A DNA stretch of 32,009 nucleotides from Psychrobacter sp. (GTDB taxonomy: Bacteria; Pseudomonadota; Gammaproteobacteria; Pseudomonadales; Moraxellaceae), in the NCBI GenBank assembly GCA_036770925.1, contig DAIPIF010000001.1, positions 1-32,009 of the forward strand, in the 5' to 3' direction. The position numbers and the translations under genes were made by a program. Position 1 is the first letter of the stretch. Each line of letters opens with the position of its first letter. This document shows positions 7,611 through 17,759 of this stretch, in pieces. The notes below the pieces were generated by a model, which saw only the letters and a list, made by a program, of their open reading frames with translations, did no database searches and had not been told where the DNA came from.

Positions 7611-10600
7611 TCAAATCATTTTCCATGTCATGTCGTCTTCACTCAGGCGATGATAATTCAGCTGCGGATAAGGCGATAAATCTAAGGTTTTTAAATCAGA
7701 TAATGCCAATAATAAGGCGTCATAATAAGGCTTGAGCATCACAAACTGCGTGGGGGTGACATGCTGCATATTGAGCGAGCATTTATCTTCTAAATCCTGA
7801 CTGGCTTGGCGCAGTTGCGGGACGCCCGTGTAACGACTGGCACCCAAAATACGATGGGCAATTTGCGCCAGCTCACTGCGATCACGCTGCTCCCACGCTT
7901 GAATCAAGGCGGCTTGCTCATCAGGAATGGTATCGAGCATCATGGTAATCAGAGTCGCCGCTAGATCTGGTTTATTTGCGGCGCGTGTCAGAGCATCTTG
8001 CCAATCAAACACCTGCAAGTGCTCAAGGGTGTGCCCTTGTAGCCGCTCATTTTGGGCGTCGCTATTTTCTATATCACTGTCTGTGGTATCGCTCATCGCC
8101 AAATGGCTTGCCTGTAAGGAGCTCCCTGATGGCGTTGAATCAGGCACCGGTATCGAGGATGACGAGTGCGCATGATATTGCAGACCTTGATAATAATGCT
8201 GATTGACCCTCGGCGGCTCACGTAAATAATCGCCATGTGAGTAGCCCTCGCGTGGCTGACTGTCACGCATATAGTCGTCACGGATTTTTTTGAGGGATAA
8301 CGGTCGGGCAATATTTTTATCTTTAGGCATCGCCTTTGATTTGGTTTTATCGGCAATACTCATTCTAAGCGTGGCAGGCTTGCTCACAATTTGCGAGCTG
8401 GTATCGGCATCATTAACAGAAGTAGCAGGATGAACCGTGGTCAATTCCGTAGGCGCTGAGGTTACGCTCGCCGTACGACCCAGCCATTTTTGTAGCACGC
8501 GCAATAACTGCGGTTGGCTAATGGGTTTGCCGACATAATCATCAATGCCACTGGCAAGCAGTTTATCGCGCTCATCTGAGAGTCCGTGAGCGGTGAGCGC
8601 AATAATGGGAATACGGCTATCATTGATTTCTATTTTGCGAATTTGCTGCGCGGCTTCACGCCCTGACATGCGCGGCATTTGAATATCCATAAAGATAAGG
8701 TCGATATGGTTTTTATCCTCCTTAACTACTTTGTCTTCTGCGGGCAGCTCTAAAGCGCCATGAGAGGATGGCAAGGCTTTATTGTCTGTTGAGCGCATTT
8801 CGGCTTTGGAGATTTGGGTTTTATTAGACAGGCTTTGCGGCTCTGTTTTCGCCGTTTTGCTCGCGTTTGTTTGTGGTTTATGCGCCTGTTTACTGGCTTG
8901 TTGTTTACTAATAATCTCAATCGCATCAAAGCCGCTATTGGCAGTAATCACATTGACCCCAAGCTCACTTAACAAGGCATCTAATACCAATAAATTAGGC
9001 AGATGGTCATCCACTGCCAATACGGTCACCCCATGCCACAGCGGCATTTGCGGTTTGATGGGGGTAGTTTTGGGCTGAGTATCGAGCATATTATACAGCT
9101 GGCGTTTATCAAGTGGCTCATACAATATATTGGCATGATAGCGATTTAATAACGCTTGATCGGCGGCAACTTGATAACCAAAGACTGCAAGCTTGCCTTG
9201 ATAATGCAAGCGGATTTGTTTCAGTAGCGCCATCATGTCATCTTTGGTGTCATTATCGACGATGACCCAGTCCCAATAATTGCCGTGCTCTTTTAGCGAT
9301 TCAAGCACCCCTGGTAAAGAGTTGGCTTGAGTCAGCTTAATCGGCAAGTTTTGCAAGCTGGCTTTGAGCACTTGTTTGGAGGCTTTATGATTAATCCACA
9401 CCAAAACGTTAAACTCATCCGTCGCACTAGCGAGGGGCGCAAGCATCGGTAAGGCGATGGTTTGACCGGTTGGCGCCTCTAACACATCGACATGCGCGGG
9501 CATCCGAAACCAAAAGGTTGCGCCTTGATTATCAATGTTTTCTTGCAAGTTATCATAAAACCCAATGTCGCCGCCCATCAGCCGCACCAACTGCTTGGAG
9601 ATAACCAACCCTAAGCCTGTGCCGCCATATTGACGGGTGATGGAGGGGTCGCCTTGGCTAAAGCTTTGAAATAGCATCTGCTGATCGGTGGCGGAGATAC
9701 CTTTGCCGCTATCTTGCACGCTAATCATCAAATGATTGTCTTGATGGTCATCCAAACTGACGCGCACCACTACCCCGCCGCTGTCAGTGAATTTAATGGC
9801 ATTACCGACGATATTGGTCAGCACTTGCTTGAGGCGCAGCGCGTCGCCATTCACCCGCATCGGCACATCATTATAAAATAATACTGCCGTACGTAGCCCT
9901 TTTTCAGCCGATACCGGTGACAACATATCGACCACATCATAAATGGTGTCGTACAAATCAAACTCATGACAATCGAGTAATAATTTACCCGCCTCTATCT
10001 TCGAGAAGTCCAACACGTCATTGACCAATGCCAATAGATGCGCTGAGGATTTGCGAATGGTATGTACGTACAAATCTTGCTCGGCGTTTAATTCACCATG
10101 GCGCGCCAGTAAGTTAATAAAGCCATCAATACTGTTTAAAGGCGTGCGCAGCTCATGGCTGATATTTGCCAAAAACGCCGATTTGGCTTGACTGGTTGAG
10201 ATGGCGGCATCACGCGCATTACGGATTGAGATGTTTTGCATCTCCATCTCATCAAATGCCAAACGCAAATCATCTTCGGTTTGTTCGGCATGGTTTTTCA
10301 GCTCCTGAAAGCTGCTATGTAAACGCCGAAAGGTCTTGGCTAAATCTTGCTGCAATAAATTCAGCTCGCCGTCAGATTTGACCAAAATAGGCTGATATAA
10401 ATTATCCGCATGGGTGCGCTGCAACTGCAAACGCAGCTCATAAATCGGGGCAATCCAGCGCTTAGCATAGACATTCAAGCTCAGTAGTAATATGAGTATC
10501 GTCAACAGCCCTGTGATAATCAGCGCAATCGCCACCCGATAACGCGCCAAATATAGCGGCTCATTATCCATATCTATCATCAGCCACAAACGCTGCCCTG

Positions 10601-11123
10601 CAAACTCGCCCAATAAACTGCCATACGCGGTGCCTATCGCGGTGGACTCTTGAGTCAAAAAACTTGCGCCACGCTCTATATTATCTAACAAAGGCCACGC
10701 CTCATCAGCGCCATAGCCTACCGTTACCAGCACCTGATTTTGCTCATTGATAATCGCAAGACGCTGGACATGCTGCTCTGATTGCAAGCGGCTCAACTTA
10801 TCACTAATCGCCACCAGTGTTGCCATTGATTGCGAATCGTCTGGGGGTCGTGGCGGCGGCACGCTTGTGGATGACGACTGCTCAACCGCTGTGCTTTCAA
10901 AATAGGCATTTTCAAGCAATTCCGGTACCAATGGGGTTACCAGTGGCGTATAGCGAATCAACACCGCCTCTGCCAACGCCTCTTGCTCTGAGTCAATACT
11001 ACGCATGGTCTCATAAAACACCAACATACCGCCCACCGCTGCCAACACGCAGATAGGCAAAAACACCAATAAGACCAATTGACCATAAGCGCTATTAAAA
11101 TCAAAGCGTTTTTTGTAAGACAT
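7611..11123 (-). CDS. gacS: GacS/BarA hybrid sensor histidine kinase
   Basis: Two TMs, HAMP, H-box FLANISHELRTPLN, N/G boxes (NIVGNAIKFT, DSGKGI, GGTGLGL), pseudo-receiver, receiver (VDDH...FMDIQMP...KP), HPt AHRILGASRY; divergent from cysM-rlmD-relA. Start uncertain (11180 TTG, 11141 or 11123 ATG). Confidence 0.87.
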   Translation of the reverse strand: MSYKKRFDFNSAYGQLVLLVFLPICVLAAVGGMLVFYETMRSIDSEQEALAEAVLIRYTPLVTPLVPELLENAYFESTAVEQSSSTSVPPPRPPDDSQSMATLVAISDKLSRLQSEQHVQRLAIINEQNQVLVTVGYGADEAWPLLDNIERGASFLTQESTAIGTAYGSLLGEFAGQRLWLMIDMDNEPLYLARYRVAIALIITGLLTILILLLSLNVYAKRWIAPIYELRLQLQRTHADNLYQPILVKSDGELNLLQQDLAKTFRRLHSSFQELKNHAEQTEDDLRLAFDEMEMQNISIRNARDAAISTSQAKSAFLANISHELRTPLNSIDGFINLLARHGELNAEQDLYVHTIRKSSAHLLALVNDVLDFSKIEAGKLLLDCHEFDLYDTIYDVVDMLSPVSAEKGLRTAVLFYNDVPMRVNGDALRLKQVLTNIVGNAIKFTDSGGVVVRVSLDDHQDNHLMISVQDSGKGISATDQQMLFQSFSQGDPSITRQYGGTGLGLVISKQLVRLMGGDIGFYDNLQENIDNQGATFWFRMPAHVDVLEAPTGQTIALPMLAPLASATDEFNVLVWINHKASKQVLKASLQNLPIKLTQANSLPGVLESLKEHGNYWDWVIVDNDTKDDMMALLKQIRLHYQGKLAVFGYQVAADQALLNRYHANILYEPLDKRQLYNMLDTQPKTTPIKPQMPLWHGVTVLAVDDHLPNLLVLDALLSELGVNVITANSGFDAIEIISKQQASKQAHKPQTNASKTAKTEPQSLSNKTQISKAEMRSTDNKALPSSHGALELPAEDKVVKEDKNHIDLIFMDIQMPRMSGREAAQQIRKIEINDSRIPIIALTAHGLSDERDKLLASGIDDYVGKPISQPQLLRVLQKWLGRTASVTSAPTELTTVHPATSVNDADTSSQIVSKPATLRMSIADKTKSKAMPKDKNIARPLSLKKIRDDYMRDSQPREGYSHGDYLREPPRVNQHYYQGLQYHAHSSSSIPVPDSTPSGSSLQASHLAMSDTTDSDIENSDAQNERLQGHTLEHLQVFDWQDALTRAANKPDLAATLITMMLDTIPDEQAALIQAWEQRDRSELAQIAHRILGASRYTGVPQLRQASQDLEDKCSLNMQHVTPTQFVMLKPYYDALLLALSDLKTLDLSPYPQLNYHRLSEDDMTWKMI

Positions 11124-11200
11124 AGTAGAGGTAAGCTCCATGGGCAGGGCGGCGAGTGCTAGGGCTATCGGGGCAGCCAACTATCGCTCATTATTAAGCC

Positions 11201-11209
11201 ATTATAGCA
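11201..11209 (-). promoter_or_regulatory. Extended -10 promoter element for gacS
   Basis: Minus strand reads TGCTATAAT (TGn + TATAAT), upstream of all candidate starts. Confidence 0.55.
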
Positions 11210-11252
11210 ATCAATTTAGGCTTTGATGCCATCAGCACGGCTAAAAACAAAA

Positions 11253-11261
11253 TGATATAAT
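11253..11261 (+). promoter_or_regulatory. Extended -10 promoter element for the cysM operon
   Basis: TGATATAAT about 93 nt upstream of the cysM ATG. Confidence 0.55.
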
Positions 11262-11354
11262 GGCTGCCGTTGAACATTAAACCCTATCTACCCCTTAAAA
11301 AAATAACCGTTACTTTTTAGCATTATTTATTTTCATCAAAATCAAGGATGTCCC

Positions 11355-12302
11355 ATGTCGTCTACGACCTCATCGAGCGCGAACTTTATCACTCAAATCA
11401 CAAGCCTTGCCGATTGTGTCGGTCAAACGCCACTGGTCAAGCTGCATCGGCTACCGACCCAAGAAGGCATCACTAATGGCGCGCAGCTACTCGCCAAACT
11501 CGAAGGCAATAATCCGGCAGGCTCAGTCAAAGACCGCCCTGCCTTTAATATGATTTATCAAGCAGAACAACGCGGCGATATTAAACCGGGTGATACGCTA
11601 ATAGAAGCCACCAGTGGCAATACCGGCATTGCCTTAGCGATGGTAGCGGCGATGCGTGGCTACCCTATTACTCTACTTATGCCGACTAATTCCACCCAAG
11701 AGCGCAAAGATGCGATGGCAGCTTATGGCGCGACCTTGATTGAAGTTGATGAAGGTATGGAGGCGGCGCGGGATTTGGCGCTGCAAATGCAAGCCGATGG
11801 TTTAGGCATTGTGTTAGACCAATTCAATAATCCTGATAATAAACAAGCGCATTATCTCACCACAGGACCTGAGCTGTGGACACAAACGGACGGCAAAATC
11901 ACCCATTTTATCAGCTCGATGGGCACCACAGGCACCATCACTGGGGTCTCCCAATATCTAAAAGAGCAAAATCCTGCGGTACAAATCATCGGTCTGCAAC
12001 CAGATGAAGACGCCGCTATTGCTGGTATTCGTCGCTGGCCGGCAGAGTATATGCCAGGGATTTATGAGGCGGATTTGGTCGATGAGGTGATGGATGTTGA
12101 CCAATATATCGCCGAAGTTTATATGCGTAAGCTTGCCAATTCTGAAGGTATTTTTGCGGGAGTGTCCTCGGGCGCGGCGGCTTGGGCGGCGGTGCAAATT
12201 GCCAAAGCCAATCCTGAGGCAGTGATTGCCTTTATCGTCTGTGACCGCGGTGACCGTTATTTGTCCACGGGACTTTATAATGTTGACGATAGCAACGCTT
12301 AA
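11355..12302 (+). CDS. cysM: Cysteine synthase B
   Basis: KLEGNNPAGSVKDR (PLP lysine), EATSGNTGIALA, SSMGTTGT, GIRRWP and CDRGDRYLS typical of CysM. Confidence 0.96.
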   Translation: MSSTTSSSANFITQITSLADCVGQTPLVKLHRLPTQEGITNGAQLLAKLEGNNPAGSVKDRPAFNMIYQAEQRGDIKPGDTLIEATSGNTGIALAMVAAMRGYPITLLMPTNSTQERKDAMAAYGATLIEVDEGMEAARDLALQMQADGLGIVLDQFNNPDNKQAHYLTTGPELWTQTDGKITHFISSMGTTGTITGVSQYLKEQNPAVQIIGLQPDEDAAIAGIRRWPAEYMPGIYEADLVDEVMDVDQYIAEVYMRKLANSEGIFAGVSSGAAAWAAVQIAKANPEAVIAFIVCDRGDRYLSTGLYNVDDSNA

Positions 12303-12375
12303 CTATTAATAAAGCTTAAATAATCGTCATACTTAGCCGTGATAACCATACTACAATACTGCTTAGGAGAGTCTG

Positions 12376-13191
12376 ATGACTCATGCCCTACCTTATAATC
12401 CCGTGATGGTGTTTGATATTGAAACCGTTGCCGACATTGATGCGGCGCGGCGCATTTATCCGCAGCTGGCAGATTTAAACGATACTGACGCGCTCACAGC
12501 GCTGCAAGCCATTCGCATCTCTGAGACGGGGAGCGATTTTATGCGCTTGCCGCTACAGCGTATCGCCTGTATCTCTGTGTTATATGTCAAAGAAGGTAAA
12601 TTCTCTTTGCTGTCTTTTTCGGCTGAAAACAGTAGCGAAAAAGAGATTTTGGCGACTTTTTTTCGAGCCTTTAAAGACTTTCAAGGCTTACCGCAATTAA
12701 TCAGCTGGAATGGTTCAGGCTTTGATATTCCCGTGCTGATTTATCGCGCCATGCTGTATGATTTGAGCGTGCCTTTATTGTTCGAAGAAGGCGAGCGCGT
12801 CCGCGAGATGCGCTATGATAATTATATCAATCGCTATCATAATCGTCATTTAGATTTGATGGATAGATTTAGCCAATACGGCGCCAGCCCACGCCAATCC
12901 ATGGATGTTATCGCTAGCCTCTATAGCTTACCGGGCAAAATAGATGTCGATGGCAGTATGGTGGGCGACTTGGTGCAGCAAGAGCAGTGGCAGACCTTGA
13001 CCACTTATTGTGAAAGCGATGTGATGAATACCTGGCTGATTTATCTGCGCTGGCTACGCCTAACCGGCAAGCTATCCTCAGATAGCTTTAGCTTTTGGCA
13101 ACAACAAACCCGTGAGTTTTTAACTCAGCTTACTGCTGAGGATGGGCAAAGCCGCCATCAAGAATTTTTAGACGCTTGGTTAGAGTCCTAA
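12376..13191 (+). CDS. Predicted DEDDy 3'-5' exonuclease (stand-alone PolB-proofreading-like domain)
   Basis: ExoI FDIET, ExoII WNGSGFD, ExoIII YCESDV; SD AGGAG. Confidence 0.87.
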   Translation: MTHALPYNPVMVFDIETVADIDAARRIYPQLADLNDTDALTALQAIRISETGSDFMRLPLQRIACISVLYVKEGKFSLLSFSAENSSEKEILATFFRAFKDFQGLPQLISWNGSGFDIPVLIYRAMLYDLSVPLLFEEGERVREMRYDNYINRYHNRHLDLMDRFSQYGASPRQSMDVIASLYSLPGKIDVDGSMVGDLVQQEQWQTLTTYCESDVMNTWLIYLRWLRLTGKLSSDSFSFWQQQTREFLTQLTAEDGQSRHQEFLDAWLES

Positions 13192-13275
13192 TAACCTCTC
13201 GTTTTAAAGGGCTATTGCGCATGCTATCACGATAAAAGTTTACTTGAGCAAGGCGCGTTGCTCTGCTGTTTTATA

Positions 13276-13284
13276 TGTTAAAAT
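13276..13284 (+). promoter_or_regulatory. Possible extended -10 element for rlmD
   Basis: TGTTAAAAT 70 nt upstream of the ATG at 13355. Confidence 0.4.
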
Positions 13285-13354
13285 CGTACTCATTTTTCAG
13301 CCTTTTGTGTTTTGCTCCTTTATATTCTCACCCCTTTATATTATAGGCAGGTTT

Positions 13355-14902
13355 ATGCAGCCCACCGACACCCATAGCACCACAGCCGCTAGCGCAGCCC
13401 TAAACCCTGACGCTACTGACAGCCAAACCATCACCACCCCGCCCAATAAGAAAAAATCCAAGCCCTCCTCCAAGACGCGCCGTCGCCTAAAAGACGCTGA
13501 GCCGCTCTCCTTTGCCATTGACGGCTTGTCACATGACGGTCGCGGCGTGGCGATTTATGGCAATGGTTTTGGTAGTGCTGACGGTCACAGTGAAGACAAG
13601 CATGGCAAAAAAATCTTTGTCAGCTTTGCCCTGCCGGGTGAAAGTGTGGCGGTCAAATTAACCAATAGTCGCACCAGTTTTGAAGAAGGTGATGCCATTG
13701 CAGTGCTTGCCAATCCGAACCCTGAACGTGCCGTTCCTCCTTGCCCGCATTTTGGGGTTTGTGGCGGCTGTAACTTGCAGCACTGGCAACCTGATGCGCA
13801 GATTAATTTTAAGCAATCGGTACTAAGCGAGATGCTCGACCACCAAGCCAATGTGCAGCCTGATACGTGGCTAGCACCAATCGTGGGCGACCGTTTAGGC
13901 TATCGTACCAAAGCCAGACTGGGCGTGCGCTATGTGGTCAAAAAACAAACGGCACTGGTGGGCTTTCGTGAGCGCTCCAGTAACTTTTTGGCAGAGTTAA
14001 ATGAGTGTCATATCTTAGATCCGCGCATTGGCTTTGAGATTGACAACCTAAAAACCCTGATTAGCACCCTAGAGAGCCGTGACAAAATCGCTCAGCTTGA
14101 ATTAGCAATGGGCGAACACATCCCTGAGCTACCAGACGGTAATCAGCCGGTTGCCCTTATTGTGCGCCATCTAGAGCTGTTATCAGATAGTGATATTGAT
14201 AAGCTAAAAGACTTTTTTGCCGCGCGGCATTGGCAGTTATACTTGCAGTCCAAAGGCGCTGATAGCATTCAGCGTATCGCCCTTAACGCTGACGACGATA
14301 TGAGTCAGCAGTTTGGTCGCCTGTATTATCAGCTGCCAGAGTATGACTTAACCTTTGAGTTTATCCCGACAGACTTCACCCAAGTTAATCTATCGGTCAA
14401 TCGTCAAATGACCAAACTCGCTTGTGACTTATTAGAGCTCAAAGCGGGCGAGCGCGTGCTGGATTTATTCAGCGGCTTGGGCAATTTTAGTTTGCCATTG
14501 GCGCGTTTGGTCGGTGAAACCGGCTCAGTCATTGGTGTGGAAGGCAGCGAGGCGATGACCCTACGTGCCGCCGATAATGCCCGCCGTAATGGTATTCATA
14601 ACACTGAATTTTATAGCCAAGATTTGACCCAAGACTGCACCGCTGAGCCGTGGGCAAACCAAGGCTTTGATGCGCTACTGATTGATCCACCGCGCTCTGG
14701 GGCGTGGGAGATTATGCAATATTTACCAAAATTCAATGCCCAACGTATCGTCTATGTGTCTTGTAATCCCGCGACGCTCGCCCGTGATACCAAAGCATTA
14801 TTAGAGCAAGGCTACCGCTTAACTCATGCCGGCGTCATGGATATGTTTTGTCATACCGGTCACGTTGAGTCGATTGCGCGCTTTGAGAAAATATCTGCTT
14901 GA
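13355..14902 (+). CDS. rlmD: 23S rRNA (uracil-1939-C5)-methyltransferase
   Basis: TRAM-like [13 protein letters not shown], 4Fe-4S motif [53 protein letters not shown]; upstream of relA. Start moved to the ATG at 13355 (AGGCAGG SD). Confidence 0.95.
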   Translation: MQPTDTHSTTAASAALNPDATDSQTITTPPNKKKSKPSSKTRRRLKDAEPLSFAIDGLSHDGRGVAIYGNGFGSADGHSEDKHGKKIFVSFALPGESVAVKLTNSRTSFEEGDAIAVLANPNPERAVPPCPHFGVCGGCNLQHWQPDAQINFKQSVLSEMLDHQANVQPDTWLAPIVGDRLGYRTKARLGVRYVVKKQTALVGFRERSSNFLAELNECHILDPRIGFEIDNLKTLISTLESRDKIAQLELAMGEHIPELPDGNQPVALIVRHLELLSDSDIDKLKDFFAARHWQLYLQSKGADSIQRIALNADDDMSQQFGRLYYQLPEYDLTFEFIPTDFTQVNLSVNRQMTKLACDLLELKAGERVLDLFSGLGNFSLPLARLVGETGSVIGVEGSEAMTLRAADNARRNGIHNTEFYSQDLTQDCTAEPWANQGFDALLIDPPRSGAWEIMQYLPKFNAQRIVYVSCNPATLARDTKALLEQGYRLTHAGVMDMFCHTGHVESIARFEKISA

Positions 14903-14925
14903 TAGTCATAAGTAGTCATAAGTAG
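14903..14925. repeat. Short tandem repeat (TAGTCATAAG x2.3)
   Basis: tagtcataag tagtcataag tag immediately after the rlmD stop. Confidence 0.8.
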
Positions 14926-14958
14926 CTATCTGCGGGTTATTTTTAGCGGCACACCTTG

Positions 14959-15007
14959 GCTGTCATAAACTCATTCAGAGAATTTATGGCAGTAAAGTTA
15001 CTTTTTT
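14959..15007 (+). terminator. Possible hairpin/terminator between rlmD and relA
   Basis: GCTGTCATAAA...TTTATGGCAGT pairs with G-U wobbles on the + strand; the T run is offset by ~8 nt. Confidence 0.35.
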
Positions 15008-15208
15008 AGATAAGTTTATTACAGATCCTCGCTTGAATTGTGGCTTTAAAATGACATACTTATGTTAGCAATAACCATCAGCGATAAGGTTATTTTAAAC
15101 CCATTATAAGCCTATATATTACAGAGCACGCACGCCTAAAGATAAGGCGAAAATGTTTCATAATAATGCAACAGTCAGCCGTTTTATAACCGCTAAAAGG
15201 AGTCGGCT

Positions 15209-17722
15209 ATGGTAAAAATTCGTGAAGGACTACCACTAACGGATGGTCAAACCACCGAAGCCGACAGTGCAACGCTAGCAGCGCAACTGGTCGCCAGCCA
15301 ACGCTCTCATCAATCAGCCAATAGCTACGCCCAGATTCCTCTCGATATCAAACAGCAGCTGGCGACTCATAAACTACACTCCACCTTTGATCGCTCAGAG
15401 CCGTACCATTATCATAATCATGACCCTAATCTGGCGGATAGCTCAGAAAACGCTGGTGATAAAACGGCTATTGTTGACTTAAATCAAGCCAATATCGATG
15501 TGCCGGCATGGCTCGATAATGTTGCCAAACGTATCGGGCAAGACGCTGTACCTAACTTGGCATTGGCGTGCGAGTTTATTCGTAGTCGGATGAATACTAG
15601 CGAGTCTGAGCGCTCAGGCGCTTATGTCACTGGCATTGGCATGACCGATATTTTGACTTATCTGTATCAAGATGAAGATGCGCTTGTGGCGGCGATGCTG
15701 TACCGCAGTGCGCGCAAATCGATGATAAGTTTGGCTGAGATTGAAAAGAATTTTGGCTCAGATATTTGTACTTTGGTCAAAGATACCTTGGCGATGGGTA
15801 AATTATCCGCCATTATCGAGGGCAATAAGCGCCTAGAAGACCACTTCGTCAATGAGCAGCGTGACCAGTTATCCAATATTTATAGCATGCTGATCTCAGT
15901 CACCAATGATGTGCGCGTGGTACTCATTAAACTGGCTGAACGCACGTTTGCGATGCGTGAGCTGACTTTTTCTAACGCTGAGCGCCAGCAGCGGGTTGCG
16001 CGCGAAGTCATGACTATTTATGCACCACTTGCCCACCGCTTGGGTATCGCTCAGCTCAAATGGGAGCTGGAAGATTTAGCCTTTCGCTACCTTGCACCTG
16101 AGCGGTACAAAGAGATTGCCAAGCTGTTATCAGAAAAACGCAGCGAGCGGGAAGCCTATATTCAGCGGGTGCAAGACCAGCTGAGTGCCGCTTTATCAAA
16201 GGCGGGTATTAGCGCTGAAGTCTCAGGACGGGTCAAGCATATTTACTCCATTTACCGCAAAATGAAGCTCAAAGGCTTATCCTTTGACCAGCTTTATGAC
16301 ATTCGGGCGCTACGCGTATTAGTCAATGATACCTCCGATTGCTACCATGCGTTAGGACTGGTACATGGCTTATGGCGCTATATTCCTGAACAATTTGATG
16401 ATTATATTACCAATCCCAAATCTAATGGTTATCGCTCGCTGCATACCGCCGTTATCGCCGAAAAAAAGTCGCTTGAAGTACAAATACGCACTCATACCAT
16501 GCACTTTGAAGCGGAGCTTGGCATGTGTGCGCATGTCAATTATAAAGAAGGGCTCAAAAATAAAAAGGATAATTACCTTAGTCAAAAGATAAGCTCCCTA
16601 CGCCAACTACTCTCTATCAATGAGACGCGTAATCAGGCGCGTAGCACCTCCGCTGATGGCGAGGATAGCGATGACTTTGATGAGGACGAGCAAAACGTCG
16701 ACTTCGATGAGCTTGAGCGGATTTATATTTTTAGCCGTGATGGCGATATCATTGAGCTACCTAAAGGCGCAACCGTCCTTGATTTTGCCTACTATGTCCA
16801 TACCCAAGTGGGCAACCGCGCACAAGCAGCGAGGGTCAATCAGCGTTATGTGCCGCTCACGTATCAGCTCAAAACCGGTGAGCAAGTCGAGATTATCACC
16901 AAACAATCTCGCGAGCCCAATCGAGACTGGTTGGTGTCCTCTTTAGGCTACATCCATACCAACCGCGCGCGCTCCAAGCTGCGCCAATGGTTTAATAAAC
17001 AAGACCGCGATAAAAATATCGAAATTGGGCGGCAGATGCTCAGTAAAGAGCTCGAACGCTTGTCCCTGCATCCCAACAGCATTGATTTAAATGACTATTT
17101 GAAATTTTATAACGTCAATACCACCGATGATATCATCGTCGGCTTAGTCACCGGCGATATCGGCTTGTATCAGCTGACAGGGCATATCTCGCGCCAATTA
17201 CAGCTAGAGCCTGAAAAAGAAGAAGAGGACTACACGCCAAGCGTCGATCCTAGAGCGACTGGCAAAATTGATGCCTACAAAATCTGTATTGATGGTCTCG
17301 ATAATATCGAGATTAACCTCGCCGGCTGCTGTCATCCGGTGCACGGTGAGCCTATCTCTGGCTACATTACCTTATCACGCGGGGTGAGTATTCATAATCG
17401 CGGTTGTCCTGAATATATGCGTCTGGTTGAGCGCGACCCTGAGCGCGAGATTAGTGCTGCATGGAAATCAAAATCTGGACGTTATCAGCCGGTTGATATT
17501 CATATCGAAGCTTATGATAGACGCGGTTTACTGCGTGATTTGACCCAAGTCATTGATAAAGAAAACGTCAATATTCGCCAAGTTGCCACCCTGAGCACCG
17601 ATGATAATATTGCCTCTTTAAAATTCCATATTGAAGTATCAGGACTGGCGCACCTCTCCAAATTACTGGCAAAGCTTGAGCACCAACCGGGCGTGATTCA
17701 TGCACGGCGGGCAGTTGTCTAA
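15209..17722 (+). CDS. relA: GTP pyrophosphokinase ((p)ppGpp synthetase I)
   Basis: IYAPLAHRLGI, GRVKHIYSIYRKM, FDDYITNPKSNGYRSLH, TGS (LDFAYYVHT), CCHPVHG, ACT (DRRGLLRDL); degenerate HD motif; SD AAGGAG. Confidence 0.96.
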   Translation: MVKIREGLPLTDGQTTEADSATLAAQLVASQRSHQSANSYAQIPLDIKQQLATHKLHSTFDRSEPYHYHNHDPNLADSSENAGDKTAIVDLNQANIDVPAWLDNVAKRIGQDAVPNLALACEFIRSRMNTSESERSGAYVTGIGMTDILTYLYQDEDALVAAMLYRSARKSMISLAEIEKNFGSDICTLVKDTLAMGKLSAIIEGNKRLEDHFVNEQRDQLSNIYSMLISVTNDVRVVLIKLAERTFAMRELTFSNAERQQRVAREVMTIYAPLAHRLGIAQLKWELEDLAFRYLAPERYKEIAKLLSEKRSEREAYIQRVQDQLSAALSKAGISAEVSGRVKHIYSIYRKMKLKGLSFDQLYDIRALRVLVNDTSDCYHALGLVHGLWRYIPEQFDDYITNPKSNGYRSLHTAVIAEKKSLEVQIRTHTMHFEAELGMCAHVNYKEGLKNKKDNYLSQKISSLRQLLSINETRNQARSTSADGEDSDDFDEDEQNVDFDELERIYIFSRDGDIIELPKGATVLDFAYYVHTQVGNRAQAARVNQRYVPLTYQLKTGEQVEIITKQSREPNRDWLVSSLGYIHTNRARSKLRQWFNKQDRDKNIEIGRQMLSKELERLSLHPNSIDLNDYLKFYNVNTTDDIIVGLVTGDIGLYQLTGHISRQLQLEPEKEEEDYTPSVDPRATGKIDAYKICIDGLDNIEINLAGCCHPVHGEPISGYITLSRGVSIHNRGCPEYMRLVERDPEREISAAWKSKSGRYQPVDIHIEAYDRRGLLRDLTQVIDKENVNIRQVATLSTDDNIASLKFHIEVSGLAHLSKLLAKLEHQPGVIHARRAVV

Positions 17723-17759
17723 TGACTTATTATTTACCAAGAGAAGCATAAAAATCACT

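Noticed and set aside
13244..13354. TTG-started 37-aa extension of RlmD
   Set aside because: T-rich intergenic-like sequence containing a promoter-like element; the ATG at 13355 has an SD.
17700..17759. relA-mutM overlap or fusion
   Set aside because: MutM needs an N-terminal Pro2 (MPELPEVE), so it starts at 17760, after the relA stop.
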